A DNA stretch of 63,211 bases, filler included, from Octopus bimaculoides (lineage: Eukaryota), in the NCBI RefSeq assembly GCF_001194135.2. It is 6 parts of 6 records of this genome, joined end to end, with 100 filler letters (N's around TTAATTAATTAA, not from the genome) between each part and the next. Parts side by side here need not be neighbours in the genome. Positions count along the whole stretch, not along the records: positions 41,830 to 57,415 come from NC_069004.1; positions 57,516 to 62,092 come from NC_069000.1; positions 62,193 to 63,211 come from NW_026349646.1; 3 more parts are not named here. The stretch is one strand, 5' to 3'. The position numbers were made by a program, and so were the translations under genes. The notes beneath the pieces were generated by a model. It was not told the origin of the DNA. It saw nothing but the letters and a program-made list of their open reading frames with translations, and searched no databases. Position 1 is the stretch's first letter; every line of letters starts with the position of its first letter. Positions 50,281-63,211 of the stretch are shown here, in pieces.

Positions 50281-50820
50281 TGTGATGTTGCGACAATAAT
50301 ATTCTTTTTCTCTTTTGTCAAAACAAAAGAGAAAAAAAGAACATTAAAACAGTCATTTCTTGAAGCTTTTTTCTCACTTTTTTCTACGATCTTTGATCAT
50401 ATCCATATCCGGTTGAGTAGACATTTTTTTCAGTACATTCTAAACGATGTTTTTTAGAGTTATTTTTTTCCTTTTTATTTTTCAAATCAATGATTCATGC
50501 ACGTCGCAGTGTTTCCTTACTAAAGCACATCTTTAAATGTTAAGTAGGTTTATGTATCAAAGTTTTAGGTTAGTCAAGTTAGAAATTTAGATGAAAGACT
50601 ACCGCTAACCATACGAGAAACAAAATGTCTGAGGTAGCCGGCAATGTGGTTAAGCTACAGAGATAACACTAGCTGACGTCACTGCGTTACTGTTGACTTA
50701 TGCTGTTGTTGTCATTATTGTTGATGATGTCATAAGAGTAATGTGTATTGTGATGCGATTGGATATTAGGTGTCCTATTATGGACATCTCTCTTACGTGT
50801 TTAAATGTACACTGTATGTT

Positions 50821-50859
<39 letters not shown>

Positions 50860-50860
50860 G

Positions 50861-50930
<70 letters not shown>

Positions 50931-51049
50931 TGTGTGTGTATATGTATGTGTACATATATTTGTATATATTTTTCATACATACAAATATATATGTTTTTCG
51001 CAATCCATTGGATCTCCCTCAAGTTTCAAAAGACGAGTAATCTTACATC

Positions 51050-51530
51050 ATACTAAATACTGCAGTTGATTCTATAAATGATGATTCTATCAATATATTT
51101 GGTTATAGCATCATATAGAATCAGTGAATCAGTCATTACCAAAAGCAATGATTCACCTGGAAGTAAACGATGAGAAAGAGAATATATACTATTATCCAGC
51201 GTAATTCCTGAACGGCTGCAATTATGACACATTACAGCATCCATATTTTGACCTTGAAAAAATGGGATATGGAGTAACGCTATTGTGAAATTTGAATAAA
51301 GCTAATAGGGTTTGTAATGGAGAACGGTTTGGAATAATCCATTCACGTGACCGCATCGTTGAAGCTGACATTATTTTTGACGGTGGATTTAATGGAGAAG
51401 TTACCATTCTACCAAGAAATAAATTACGACCTTCTGACATTACAATACCATTCACCCTTACGTAATTACAGCTTCCAGTCTGAGGAGGTATCGTTGTAAT
51501 GACAGTGACAGATAATAAATTTTTGTCAGG
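51050..51530 (+). mobile_element. Helitron PIF1-helicase remnant
   Basis: NLNKANRVCNGERFGII...VEADII...VTILPRNKLRPSDITIPFTLT*LQLPV* aligns with the Helitron NL....LCNGTRL...IPRI.L.PSD..LPF.L.R.QFPV segment, with stops. Confidence 0.85.
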
Positions 51531-52484
51531 CATTGTATAAAATGGGTTTGATTTGTCCCGATTGTTCAATTTATGCATAGATAATTGTATGTTGCTCCAT
51601 CAACATGCAATAAAATTTTGTGTGTAGAGTCGCTAACTATATTTGGTTAATATATACAAGAAGATAGCAATTTAAACAATAATCCTGTTGAGAGAGATGT
51701 TGCCAGCTTAATTATCATTTTGCTTCCCGATGTGTTGAGACAGAGTGGTGTAGTTAATTTTATCTCAACACTAAAGCACTGCAGATAAAATTATAGGGAA
51801 TTCTCATATAGATTAGTGTGCATATATATATCGTTACACACACACACACATATATGCATGTATATATGTATGTAGATAGATAGATGCCTGTAGGTAAATA
51901 TGCACATATTTATACATATATATGTGCGTGGATGGATGGATGGATGGATGGATGGACTAAGAGGAATAACTTGCTATATACGGTGACATGTTTGGGAAGA
52001 ATAAAGTCGAATAAGGATATGTAGTGTGAATATATGTTTAGAAATGTTGCATGTATCTTGTTACAAGAATTCTTACAGAGAAGAAGAATAAATTTAGGAA
52101 CTATATATTTATTGCATAAAAATATATTTTATTCACTGGTTGTCGATGAAACATAATCAAAATGTAGAAACTAATTGATTGAAATAATCTATACATGAAA
52201 GTTCAGAAATGTAGAAATAACAAACTAAATAGTGGTTTTTAGTAATGTGGCATAGGGAAATAGATAGACATAGCAACGACGTGACTGGCTCTGAGTCTAA
52301 TCGACAAAGAAGCAAAGAGCAGGGCAAGCAAACTGTTTTTAATTACGGAACGCTAGACATTCTAGAAACTTCCAAGAGAAACGCGAAGCTTCTTGAATAA
52401 TTACTTCTCACGAAATGTAATCTTCCGAGAAACTTACTAAAGGGAGATTACTCTATAACACTTCTTGCATACGTAGGTAGATGC

Positions 52485-52639
52485 ATACATACATACATAC
52501 ATACGTAGGTAGGTAGGTAGGTAGGCAGGCAGGCAGGCAGGCAGGCAGGTAGGTAGGTAGGTAGGTAGGTAGGTAGGTAGGTAGGTGGGTGGGTTTTGGA
52601 TAGATAGGTAGATGGGTATATTTATTGGGTTGGTGGGTG

Positions 52640-52730
<91 letters not shown>
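52485..52730. repeat. Tetranucleotide series (TACA)(TAGG)(CAGG)(GACA)(GATA)
   Basis: Direct reading. Confidence 0.95.
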
Positions 52731-52732
<2 letters not shown>

Positions 52733-53173
52733 ACACATGCACACATACATAATTAAGTAAAGGCTTGTGTCGACAAGAGCGAGGAAATGAGCCGGGAAAT
52801 GCAGAGCGAGTATCTATGGACAAAATGAAAGAAAGGTAACAAAACGATTTTAAGTAGTTTAATTGATTACGAAAGAAGAAAAGCCTTCTCCTTTTTAGGG
52901 ATTCCTTTTATCGAATAGCTTTGTTCTTTCATTCATCAGGCAACCGAGATTACAATTAACGCCCGCACCCTTTGACCTATTTCACCTATACACACGCGTC
53001 AATATGTCGGAAATAAATTATGCATGTAAAATCCATTAGCATGTAATGGACATTCAGTAGGTGCATCGGTATATATGTATCATTAATGTATATACATACA
53101 TATATATATATATACATATATATGTATATATATATATATATATGTATATATNNNNNNNNNNTCTCCACGATGA

Positions 53174-53221
<48 letters not shown>

Positions 53222-54788
53222 AACTGTTGTTATTTTTGTAGCAATTCGTCATCGTTTTTGTCGCAACAGCTGCCCTAAATGGCAATGGAATACTTTCTCG
53301 TTCACATACACTGATATCAACACAGTAGTGGTATTGAGACATTGTAACTGTGACGTCAATGCTTTTTCATTGCTGCTACCGCGGCTATTTTTCGTCTGAC
53401 AATTGCCATGACGTTGGTGCTGGTTCCTTTTAACCAATGTGGCTTCGTCACTACACTCTCATTCTTTGAATCAACTTTGATACCCACTATCCCCTACCCA
53501 TCCTCACGCTCTTCTCTGAAACCCCGCTGCTGCGAAAATATTGTGATGCCACGGCGCTAATAACGGATATGAAAATTATTTTTCAGTGAAACTATGGCTG
53601 TTTTAAAAAAAAGAGACAACATAGAAAGTCTCAACGAAGACGCAGTCTCGATGAGAATGCCATGGAAGGAAGATCCACACCTTTGCACTATGTATCATTT
53701 CCTTTTGAAATNNNNNNNNNNNNNNNNNNNNNNNNNNNNNNNNNNNNNNNNNNNNNNNNNNNNNNNNNNNNNNNNNNNNNNNNNNNNNNNNNNNNNNNNN
53801 NNNNNNNNNNNNNNNNNNNNNNNNNNNNNNNNNNNNNNNNNNNNNNNNNNNNNNNNNNNNNNNNNNNNNNNNNNNNNNNNNNNNNNNNNNNNNNNNNNNN
53901 NNNNNNNNNNNNNNNNNNNNNNNNNNNNNNNNNNNNNNNNNNNNNNNNNNNNNNNNNNNNNNNNNNNNNNNNNNNNNNNNNNNNNNNNNNNNNNNNNNNN
54001 NNNNNNNNNNNNNNNNNNNNNNNNNNNNNNNNNNNNNNNNNNNNNNNNNNNNNNNNNNNNNNNNNNNNNNNNNNNNNNNNNNNNNNNNNNNNNNNNNNNN
54101 NNNNNNNNNNNNNNNNNNNNNNNNNNNNNNNNNNNNNNNNNNNNNNNNNNNNNNNNNNNNNNNNNNNNNNNNNNNNNNNNNNNNNNNNNNNNNNNNNNNN
54201 NNNNNNNNNNNNNNNNNNNNNNNNNNNNNNNNNNNNNNNNNNNNNNNNNNNNNNNNNNNNNNNNNNNNNNNNNNNNNNNNNNNNNNNNNNNNNNNNNNNN
54301 NNNNNNNNNNNNNNNNNNNNNNNNNNNNNNNNNNNNNNNNNNNNNNNNNNNNNNNNNNNNNNNNNNNNNNNNNNNNNNNNNNNNNNNNNNNNNNNNNNNN
54401 NNNNNNNNNNNNNNNNNNNNNNNNNNNNNNNNNNNNNNNNNNNNNNNNNNNNNNNNNNNNNNNNNNNNNNNNNNNNNNNNNNNNNNNNNNNNNNNNNNNN
54501 NNNNNNNNNNNNNNNNNNNNNNNNNNNNNNNNNNNNNNNNNNNNNNNNNNNNNNNNNNNNNNNNNNNNNNNNNTTACAAACATGTATACTTATATAAAAG
54601 TATTTACGTATGCACACATGCATACGTAAATACTTTCTTACATACGCCATCAGGACAACAGCGACCTCTGGTGACAAAAAACTGTAAGCATGTCATTGAA
54701 TTTTCGGAGAAATATACAAAGGCATTTTCTGTTGCCTTTCTTAGGGTCGTTTTGACAAGAAACCATCTTGATGGTTGTAGTCTATACT

Positions 54789-54841
<53 letters not shown>

Positions 54842-55109
54842 TGTGTGTGGGAGAGAAACAGCTATAAATAGATAGAGAGTGAGAGAGTGAATGAGAGAGA
54901 AAAAGACTAAGGCTGAATGATTTAGTATTTAACAGATATATTATTCATCGAACTGTAAATAATGAAAAGTTAACTTGCCCTGGTGGGATTTGAACGCAAA
55001 GCGCAGGGAACCGAAAGAAATACCTCCATGTATTCTATTATTACGCTTCAATGACAGTCAGTTCGTCGACTTACCGTATCTACAAAAATATACATTTATG
55101 TGAATGTTC

Positions 55110-55148
55110 GTGCATAGACACACACATACATACATACATACACACTCA

Positions 55149-55190
<42 letters not shown>

Positions 55191-55800
55191 AACGTATATA
55201 CATACATACATACATGCACTTTCACAAACGAAGACAGACGCATTTATCCATACATATGTACACATACTTACGTACTTAATACATATGTACATACATACAA
55301 ACATTCATGCATATATACATGCTTACACATACATACATACACACATACATGCATACATGCATATGTACATACATCCATATGTACATACATACAAACATGC
55401 ATGCATACACATATAAGTACACATAGATATATACAATATATACATATAAACATACACACCCATACAAGCATATATACATACATAGATACACATATACATT
55501 CATATATACACACATATATACATGCATACACATACATACATACATACATGCATAAACACATAAGTACACATACATACAAACAATGCATACAACAATACAT
55601 ATATACACACATATACACACCTATCCAAACATGCATAGGTACACATATATACATGCATACATATATACATGCATGAATACATATATACATACATACATAT
55701 ATACATATATACATACATACATATGTACGTACGTACATACGTACATACATACATACATACATACATACATGCATACATACATACATACATCATATACACA
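55110..55800. repeat. Degenerate (TACA/CA)n low-complexity block
   Basis: Direct reading. Confidence 0.95.
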
Positions 55801-56231
55801 CATAACTAATCTTCGTTTTTCTCCACTACACAGAAACTCGCACCGTTCTTCAGATAATCCCAACATGCAACGTCAATGTTGTTAACCTCAGCCATAAAGA
55901 AATTTCACAATCTCCAGCCGCCATCTTTTAACGAGAATTAAAAAAAAGAAAAGAACTTTTTGTCTTTAAGAAATTATTCATTTAAGTAAATTTATTTTTC
56001 ACAACTACTTGATGTAAACTCTCGTGTTATCTGCTTCTTAACTACGCTAGCACAATATGCAATCACACCACGAACACACACACGCACACACACCTATAGA
56101 TAGGTAAGTAGGTGGATATATATACATGCATACATACGTTTACATACGTACATGTGCTTATATATATAAACACACATATATATATATATTAACATATATG
56201 TATATATATTATATATATATAAACGTATATG

Positions 56232-56266
<35 letters not shown>

Positions 56267-56316
56267 ATGTATATATATATTTATATATGCAGAGAGAGTC
56301 AGACAAACAGAAAGGG

Positions 56317-56405
<89 letters not shown>

Positions 56406-56529
56406 TACAACGTTGGTATACGTATACATGTATATATGTGGGAGAATATACAAATAATAACAACAGACGAGGACAGGTGGTGTAAATAACAAAAGTATAT
56501 ATTAGTATGACGCTCGGGAATACGGAAAG

Positions 56530-56566
56530 TCTTTGACGTTTCGAGCTACGCTCTTCAACAGAAAGA
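56530..56566 (-). ncRNA. Minimal type-I hammerhead fold (A6U core) in a Penelope-type terminal repeat
   Basis: Minus strand reads TCTTT / CTGTTGA / A / GAGC-GTA-GCTC / GAAA / CGTC / AAAGA, with a GUC triplet and ACGT palindrome. Confidence 0.55.
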
Positions 56567-56872
56567 ATACGGAGACAAGAAGAAAAACACGGAGACAAGA
56601 AGAAAAACACGGAGAAAAAAAAATTGTATGCATACATACATGAAAATATACGTACATTTTTATACACATATCTGCATGTATGTTTATGTATGCGTAGATG
56701 CATCATTATATGTATGTGTGTGTGTGTGTGTGTTTGAATGCTTCTCTGTCTGATTATATGTGTGTCATTGTATGTACGCGTATGTAATTGTGTGTGTAGT
56801 TGATTGAAAATGCAGCAGCCTTCTTCAATGAAGACAGACACAAAGTCACACGACACACACGCACACACGCAC

Positions 56873-56936
<64 letters not shown>

Positions 56937-57648
56937 ACACACAGAAAGTGACGTAAGTTTGCAGTCTTTGAAATCTAAATTCCTAAAACATGAAATTTTT
57001 CAGAAAACTCCTCCAAATCCATTGGAAGTTAGTTAATCCAGAGACAGAGTCTATGGTCATGTCTGTAATGACAAATAAATCGGCTTTTCTGTTGATGATA
57101 ACCATGATGATGATGGTCAAGTTGATGATGATGGTCAAGTTGGTGATGATGATGATGATGATGACGAGACCGATCATGATGGTAAGGATGATGATGATGA
57201 TGGTGATGGTGATGGTAGTGATGATGATGATGATGATGATGTTGATGGTCGTGGTAATGATGATAGTAATAGTGGTCGTGATCTGTTTGTGCTATACGTC
57301 TCTGTATGTATGTATGTATGTATGTATGTATGTATGTATGTGTATATGTATGTATGCATGTATATATGTAAACATTTTGATTTGCTAAGTTCGGCTGCTG
57401 TATATATTGTATATANNNNNNNNNNNNNNNNNNNNNNNNNNNNNNNNNNNNNNNNNNNNTTAATTAATTAANNNNNNNNNNNNNNNNNNNNNNNNNNNNN
57501 NNNNNNNNNNNNNNNGTCTGTTTTGTCTCTCTCTCTCTCTCTCATTTTCTGTCTCAGTATCTATCTTCATCTCTTTTGTACCATCTGTTCTATTAGAGGG
57601 AATGATTACAATCGCCACAAAGTAACAACACTGGATCATTTGCATACC

Positions 57649-57692
<44 letters not shown>

Positions 57693-57730
57693 GCATCCAA
57701 ACATATATACACATACAGATATTTATACAT

Positions 57731-57780
<50 letters not shown>

Positions 57781-58569
57781 ATCGGCTTTCTTTAGAACTA
57801 ATTATCTATAGAAATTTTGAGTAATTTTGTTCACAGCTCTACCTGTATGTGCGCGTGTTGTGTGTATGTGTATGTGTGTGCGTGTGTGTATATCTGTGTG
57901 TGAATTTACCGCCTCCATGGACGGGCCCTACTCGCCTTCACGGGTACCCCCACACCCATCAACCACATAGACCATCACCAAAATGTATCACCGTCCCTNN
58001 NNNNNNNNNNNNNNNNNNNNNNNNNNNNNNNNNNNNNNNNNNNNNNNNNNNNNNNNNNNNNNNNNNNNNNNNNNNNNNNNNNNNNNNNNNNNNNNNNNNN
58101 NNNNNNNNNNNNNNNNNNNNNNNNNNNNNNNNNNNNNNNNNNNNNNNNNNNNNNNNNNNNNNNNNNNNNNNNNNNNNNNNNNNNNNNNNNNNNNNNNNNN
58201 NNNNNNNNNNNNNNNNNNNNNNNNNNNNNNNNNNNNNNNNNNNNNNNNNNNNNNNNNNNNNNNNNNNNNNNNNNNNNNNNNNNNNNNNNNNNNNNNNNNN
58301 NNNNNNNNNNNNNNNNNNNNNNNNNNNNNNNNNNNNNNNNNNNNNNNNNNNNNNNNNNNNNNNNNNNNNNNNNNNNNNNNNNNNNNNNNNNNNNNNNNNN
58401 NNNNNNNNNNNNNNNNNNNNNNNNNNNNNNNNNNNNNNNNNNNNNNNNNNNNNNNNNNNNNNNNNNNNNNNNNNNNNNNNNNNNNNNNNNNNNNNNNNNN
58501 NNNNNNNNNNNNNNNNNNNNNNACACACACACACACACACACACATCATCTCAATATATTTTAACAATG

Positions 58570-59475
58570 CGGGAAAAAAAATCATCGAAGTAAGTACCAT
58601 TACAATCAACACATTTTTGCCAATGAGTTACAAGTTTGTTTATTCTGGTAACTTAAAAATCTGGAGTTCTGGAGCTGATGAACTCTTTGAACGCACTTTC
58701 AGTATCGGTTTGATTTTTGAACTCCTTCGCTCGCAGGAAACCATCAATGTGCTTGAAAAAGTAGTAGCCGGTAGGAGAAAGGTCTGGAGAATAAGCTGGG
58801 TGGGGAAGAACTTCGTTGCCAAGTTCCCTCAACTTCTGGAGCGTTGTTAGTGAAACGTGTGGTGGAGCATTGTCTTGAAGAATGATTGGCCCTCTTCTGT
58901 TGACCAGTCTGGCACGGGGGAATAGCAGTTTTTCGTTGATTTTGGCAATTTCGTGGTAATATGTTCCTGTAGTAATGATTTTTCCGTGTTTTATGAGGTT
59001 TTTGTCCAGTAGGACACCACCAAACAGTCATCATAACCTTCTTTTTAAAGAGCTCCGGTTAAGGGAAGGTTTTTGGTACTTCATTTTTGTCAAACCACTG
59101 CGAAGAACGTTTTCTATTATTGTACAGAATCCACTGTTCATCGCAAGTTACAATACGAGAAATGGATCAGTCTGGTTACGGAGAAGAAGCGACGAGCTAT
59201 TTCATATCTGCGCATTTCTGATTTTCATTCAAATCGTATGGTACCCATTTGTCAAGCATTTTTAATTTTTCTATCGCATGCAAATGGTTGCAGGCAGTTT
59301 TCTGGCTAACTTCAAGTTTCTTTGCCAGTTCTCGAGCGATTTCACGTGGATCTTTCTCAATGACGGTCTTTAATTGATCGTCATCGATGACAGATGGGCG
59401 TCCACTACACTCACGAACTTTGAGGCTCAGGTCTCCACTGCGAAATCTTTTAAACCATTTTACGATAATGTTCTT
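58570..59475 (-). mobile_element. Disrupted mariner (DD34D) transposase
   Basis: Minus strand gives WFKRFRSG (HTH), KWVPYDL, IVTCDEQWILYNN, KKVMMTVWW, LQDNAPPH, HPAYSPDLSPTGY and HWQKCVDCNGTYF, with stops and frameshifts. Confidence 0.92.
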
Positions 59476-61489
59476 AAAAAAGAACATTATCATAATCAAG
59501 AGATGGATAATTGGCTTCAATCGAGAATTGAAACCGCACCGCAAACTCTGCAGCTTGCCGGAAGAACTCCCCCGTCCGATATCAGCAACCGCCACACCAC
59601 CAATAACTCACCCTCGACAGGACGCCAGTCCATGGCAGGGTTACTCATTTACGCTTGAGTGAAAGGGAGCAACGTGCAATGAAGTGTTTTGCGCTGAGTA
59701 CCGGTAATTGAAACCGTGATCTTGTGATCGTGAGTACAACATCATAATCAGTAGGCCATACATCTTCACTTATGCTGCCGCATAATTATAGTCTACCATA
59801 GGTACTATGGTAGACTCAATTGGTACTACTCAATAGGTACTAAGTCACACATTTCAACTTGGAGAGTTGAGTATAATAGATTAAACCCACTGTAGTTTTT
59901 GATTATTACTTTATTTTATCGATCTCGGAAGAATCAAAGGCTAAGTCGACCCTATTCGAATTTAAACTCAGAAATTGTAAGGACTCATAATTAAATACCA
60001 CGTGCTATATGCTTTTTCTCAGACGCTTCCCTTATTCTGTAAATCCATAGTCCCCACAAACACACGTGGTCTCATAAATATTGATTTTTCACCCTGCGGT
60101 GAGGACAAAAAAAAATTTGTAATAGGGTATTCATTATCGATTGTAAAACTATCCGTATGTACCCTTGGTACTTCCTTTATCCAAACCATAAGGGTGAGAA
60201 AATAGTAAAACTATAGTAGTAGATTTATATTCAGACAGTCGAAGGACAAAACTAAATTCATTAAGTCATATGTTCCGGTATTTTGTTATTTATTTATTCA
60301 GTTCTTTTCTTATGAATATTAACTTCCTGCTCGAGAATAGAATATATTTTACGCCATCTTATTTTTACATTAACTGATTGACGAAGTAATGAATAACTTC
60401 AACAGGCAATAAGCTTAGTTATTTACTTGAACTTTAGACTAAAAGTTCGTATATACCTCCAGGTGGCAGCGTCTCACTTCCTACAAAAAAAAAAAAAAAT
60501 CGAAATAAACTAGTCGAGCATCAAAAATGGGAATATTGAAAATAACGAAGTCTATAATTTTTTCCGTCCACGACTTATATGCCCCAATATTAGACTATTT
60601 TCTATATCCAATATACAGTTGAACACTTATAAGCTTGAGCTTATTATTATTTATAGAATATATATATATATATAAATNNNNNNNNNNNNNNNNNNNNNNN
60701 NNNNNNNNNNNNNNNNNNNNNNNNNNNNNNNNNNNNNNNNNNNNNNNNNNNNNNNNNNNNNNNNNNNNNNNNNNNNNNNNNNNNNNNNNNNNNNNNNNNN
60801 NNNNNNNNNNNNNNNNNNNNNNNNNNNNNNNNNNNNNNNNNNNNNNNNNNNNNNNNNNNNNNNNNNNNNNNNNNNNNNNNNNNNNNNNNNNNNNNNNNNN
60901 NNNNNNNNNNNNNNNNNNNNNNNNNNNNNNNNNNNNNNNNNNNNNNNNNNNNNNNNNNNNNNNNNNNNNNNNNNNNNNNNNNNNNNNNNNNNNNNNNNNN
61001 NNNNNNNNNNNNNNNNNNNNNNNNNNNNNNNNNNNNNNNNNNNNNNNNNNNNNNNNNNNNNNNNNNNNNNNNNNNNNNNNNNNNNNNNNNNNNNNNNNNN
61101 NNNNNNNNNNNNNNNNNNNNNNNNNNNNNNNNNNNNNNNNNNNNNNNNNNNNNNNNNNNNNNNNNNNNNNNNNNNNNNNNNNNNNNNNNNNNNNNNNNNN
61201 NNNNNNNNNNNNNNNNNNNNNNNNNNNNNNNNNNNNNNNNNNNNNNNNNNNNNNNNNNNNNNNNNNNNNNNNNNNNNNNNNNNNNNNNNNNNNNNNNNNN
61301 NNNNNNNNNNNNNNNNNNNNNNNNNNNNNNNNNNNNNNNNNNNNNNNNNNNNNNNNNNNNNNNNNNNNNNNNNNNNNNNNNNNNNNNNNNNNNNNNNNNN
61401 NNNNNNNNNNNNNNNNNNNNNNNNNNNNNNNNNNNNNNNNNNNNNNNNNNNNNNNNNNNNNNNNNNNNNNNNNNNNNNNNNNNNNNNNN

Positions 61490-61542
<53 letters not shown>

Positions 61543-63211
61543 GATAGAGAAGGAGAGATGGTGAGAGAGAAAAACAGAGGCGGAGAAAGAGGAAAAGGAA
61601 GTAAAGTAGAGTGATAATTTTGACAAAGGGTGTTAAGGCTCAATAAGAATGTTAAAATGGAATATAAATGATTAGTTAGAGCGTATAATTGAGCGTATAA
61701 CTGATTCCGTGAAAGGTTGGTCAAATTGATATTAAGTGTGCTGGGGTCAGTTAATATCCGGTGATCAGGTTAGAACCAGCGGCTTTTGTGATTGGAATCT
61801 CGACTTTGAATAGGTGCAGGTGTGGCTGTGTTGTTAATGACCATGCTTTGCAGCCAAACTTATAGTTTCAGGCTCAGCCCCACTACGAGGCACGTTGAGT
61901 AAATAACTTTCTACTTAAGCTGTGGATCAATCAATGCCCTATGAGTAAATTTGGTAGTCGGAAACTGTGTGGAAGCCTGTACCTATTTTGTTTCCATTGA
62001 GGGCTTATGTGCACCAATATTAGACTATTTTCTTCCCTCAATATACGGTGAACGTTTATAAGCTTAAGCTTATAATTATTATTTACAGAATANNNNNNNN
62101 NNNNNNNNNNNNNNNNNNNNNNNNNNNNNNNNNNNNTTAATTAATTAANNNNNNNNNNNNNNNNNNNNNNNNNNNNNNNNNNNNNNNNNNNNTTATTAAA
62201 CAGGAACTAGTTTCGGATTTAACAAATTCTTACCATTTGTCTCTGCATACGCACAGACAATCTACGTATATAGGCCTATGTTCACAAGGCACAGATATAT
62301 ACATAAGTACAAATCTACACACATATACGCACGCACGCATATAAGTTTACGCATGAAAAACCTATGCACTGGTAATGACAATTGTATCTTAATCTATGGA
62401 GTGGAGGGGTAAAGAGTAACGTATCTATAATAACGTTAAATATGGGAAAGGGGGTGGCGGGGGGAATGTAGTTGTCATAAAAAAGGAAAAGGAGAAGGAA
62501 AGAGAATAAAGAAAGAAAGAAAGAGAAAAAAGAAAGAAAGATATGAAAAAAAAGAAAGATAGCAAAGGAAGAAAAGAGAGGAGAGAAAGGCTGGGGATAG
62601 GAAGGAAGAAGTAGAGAGAGAAAATAAGCAAGAACATATAGTGAACGTGCATAAAAATTTAGATTGTGCATATATGCGTATACAAAAATGTATATAGATA
62701 CATATGCTGATATGTACGCAAATAGTTACGATCATAACAGCATATGCACAAGTGCAAACCCAGGCCCCATATGTAAGCGTAGGTACATGTATATGAATAC
62801 GTAAGTGATGTAACTATACAGACATCTACATAAAAAAACCATTAGATTTCAGTGTATATATGCAGCCAACGTCTTAAATAAACCGTTGGTTGTATAAAGG
62901 TTAAAACCAGGCGAAAATGCATGCATAAAAGAATACAAAGCGTTTTTTAAAAAAAAAATAGAATAGAATGAAGTAAAAAGTAAAAAATAAAATAATAAAA
63001 GTAAAAACAAGGAAGAAGAAAAATTATGTATATAACAGACGAAGGTTTTCTTAAAATGACGTAGGGGTCTTTACAAAATTCTCACAACGCTAAATAAATC
63101 ATTTACAATTCAGTACCAATCCAATAGTCAGATTGCACAATGGTTATACAATGATTATATTGAGTCGATCATAGTCCAAAATTTTACCCATATGGAATAT
63201 TACATGCAGAC

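Noticed and set aside
37331-61724. Long ORFs of 300-477 aa in the track
   Set aside because: They consist of X from gaps plus microsatellite translations.
60586-62092. About 80-bp direct repeat (ccaatattagactattttc...) at about 60586 and 62015
   Set aside because: Both copies run into gaps, and they most likely represent two copies of a dispersed repeat end. LTR status is not testable.
28145-62148. Five TTAATTAATTAA (PacI-like) palindromes
   Set aside because: Always embedded in N runs, so they are scaffolding markers, not biology.

Overview
AT-rich (much of it microsatellite or N-gap) eukaryotic scaffold. The SINE families and repeat landscape suggest a coleoid cephalopod, probably Octopus (inference, not verified). 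One protein-coding gene is well supported: a + strand KLF10/11 (TIEG/cabut)-like Kruppel-like factor with three coding exons at 16043-16225, 17959-18670 and 20699-20934. All junctions are GT-AG and phase-consistent, giving 376 aa plus an unplaced first exon. A motif-rich candidate promoter with a possible 2-codon first exon lies at about 10690-10930. The rest is mostly repeats: tRNA-headed SINEs of about four families, Penelope-like fragments, R4/Dong and Tx1/L1 LINE remnants, two mariner remnants, a Helitron helicase remnant and several MITEs. Most notable observations: (i) several minimal type-I hammerhead-ribozyme folds of the Penelope type, one with a compensatory U3-A8 core inside KLF intron 2; (ii) a Leu-to-Arg change in the hydrophobic core of KLF zinc finger 3; (iii) a 570-bp MITE with perfect 38-bp TIRs, a 6-bp TSD and a central inverted telomeric repeat; (iv) a possible antisense signal-peptide exon over the KLF 3' region. 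Most long ORFs in the ORF track are artefacts of N-gaps or microsatellites. Family names for repeats come from recalled consensus motifs, not database searches.
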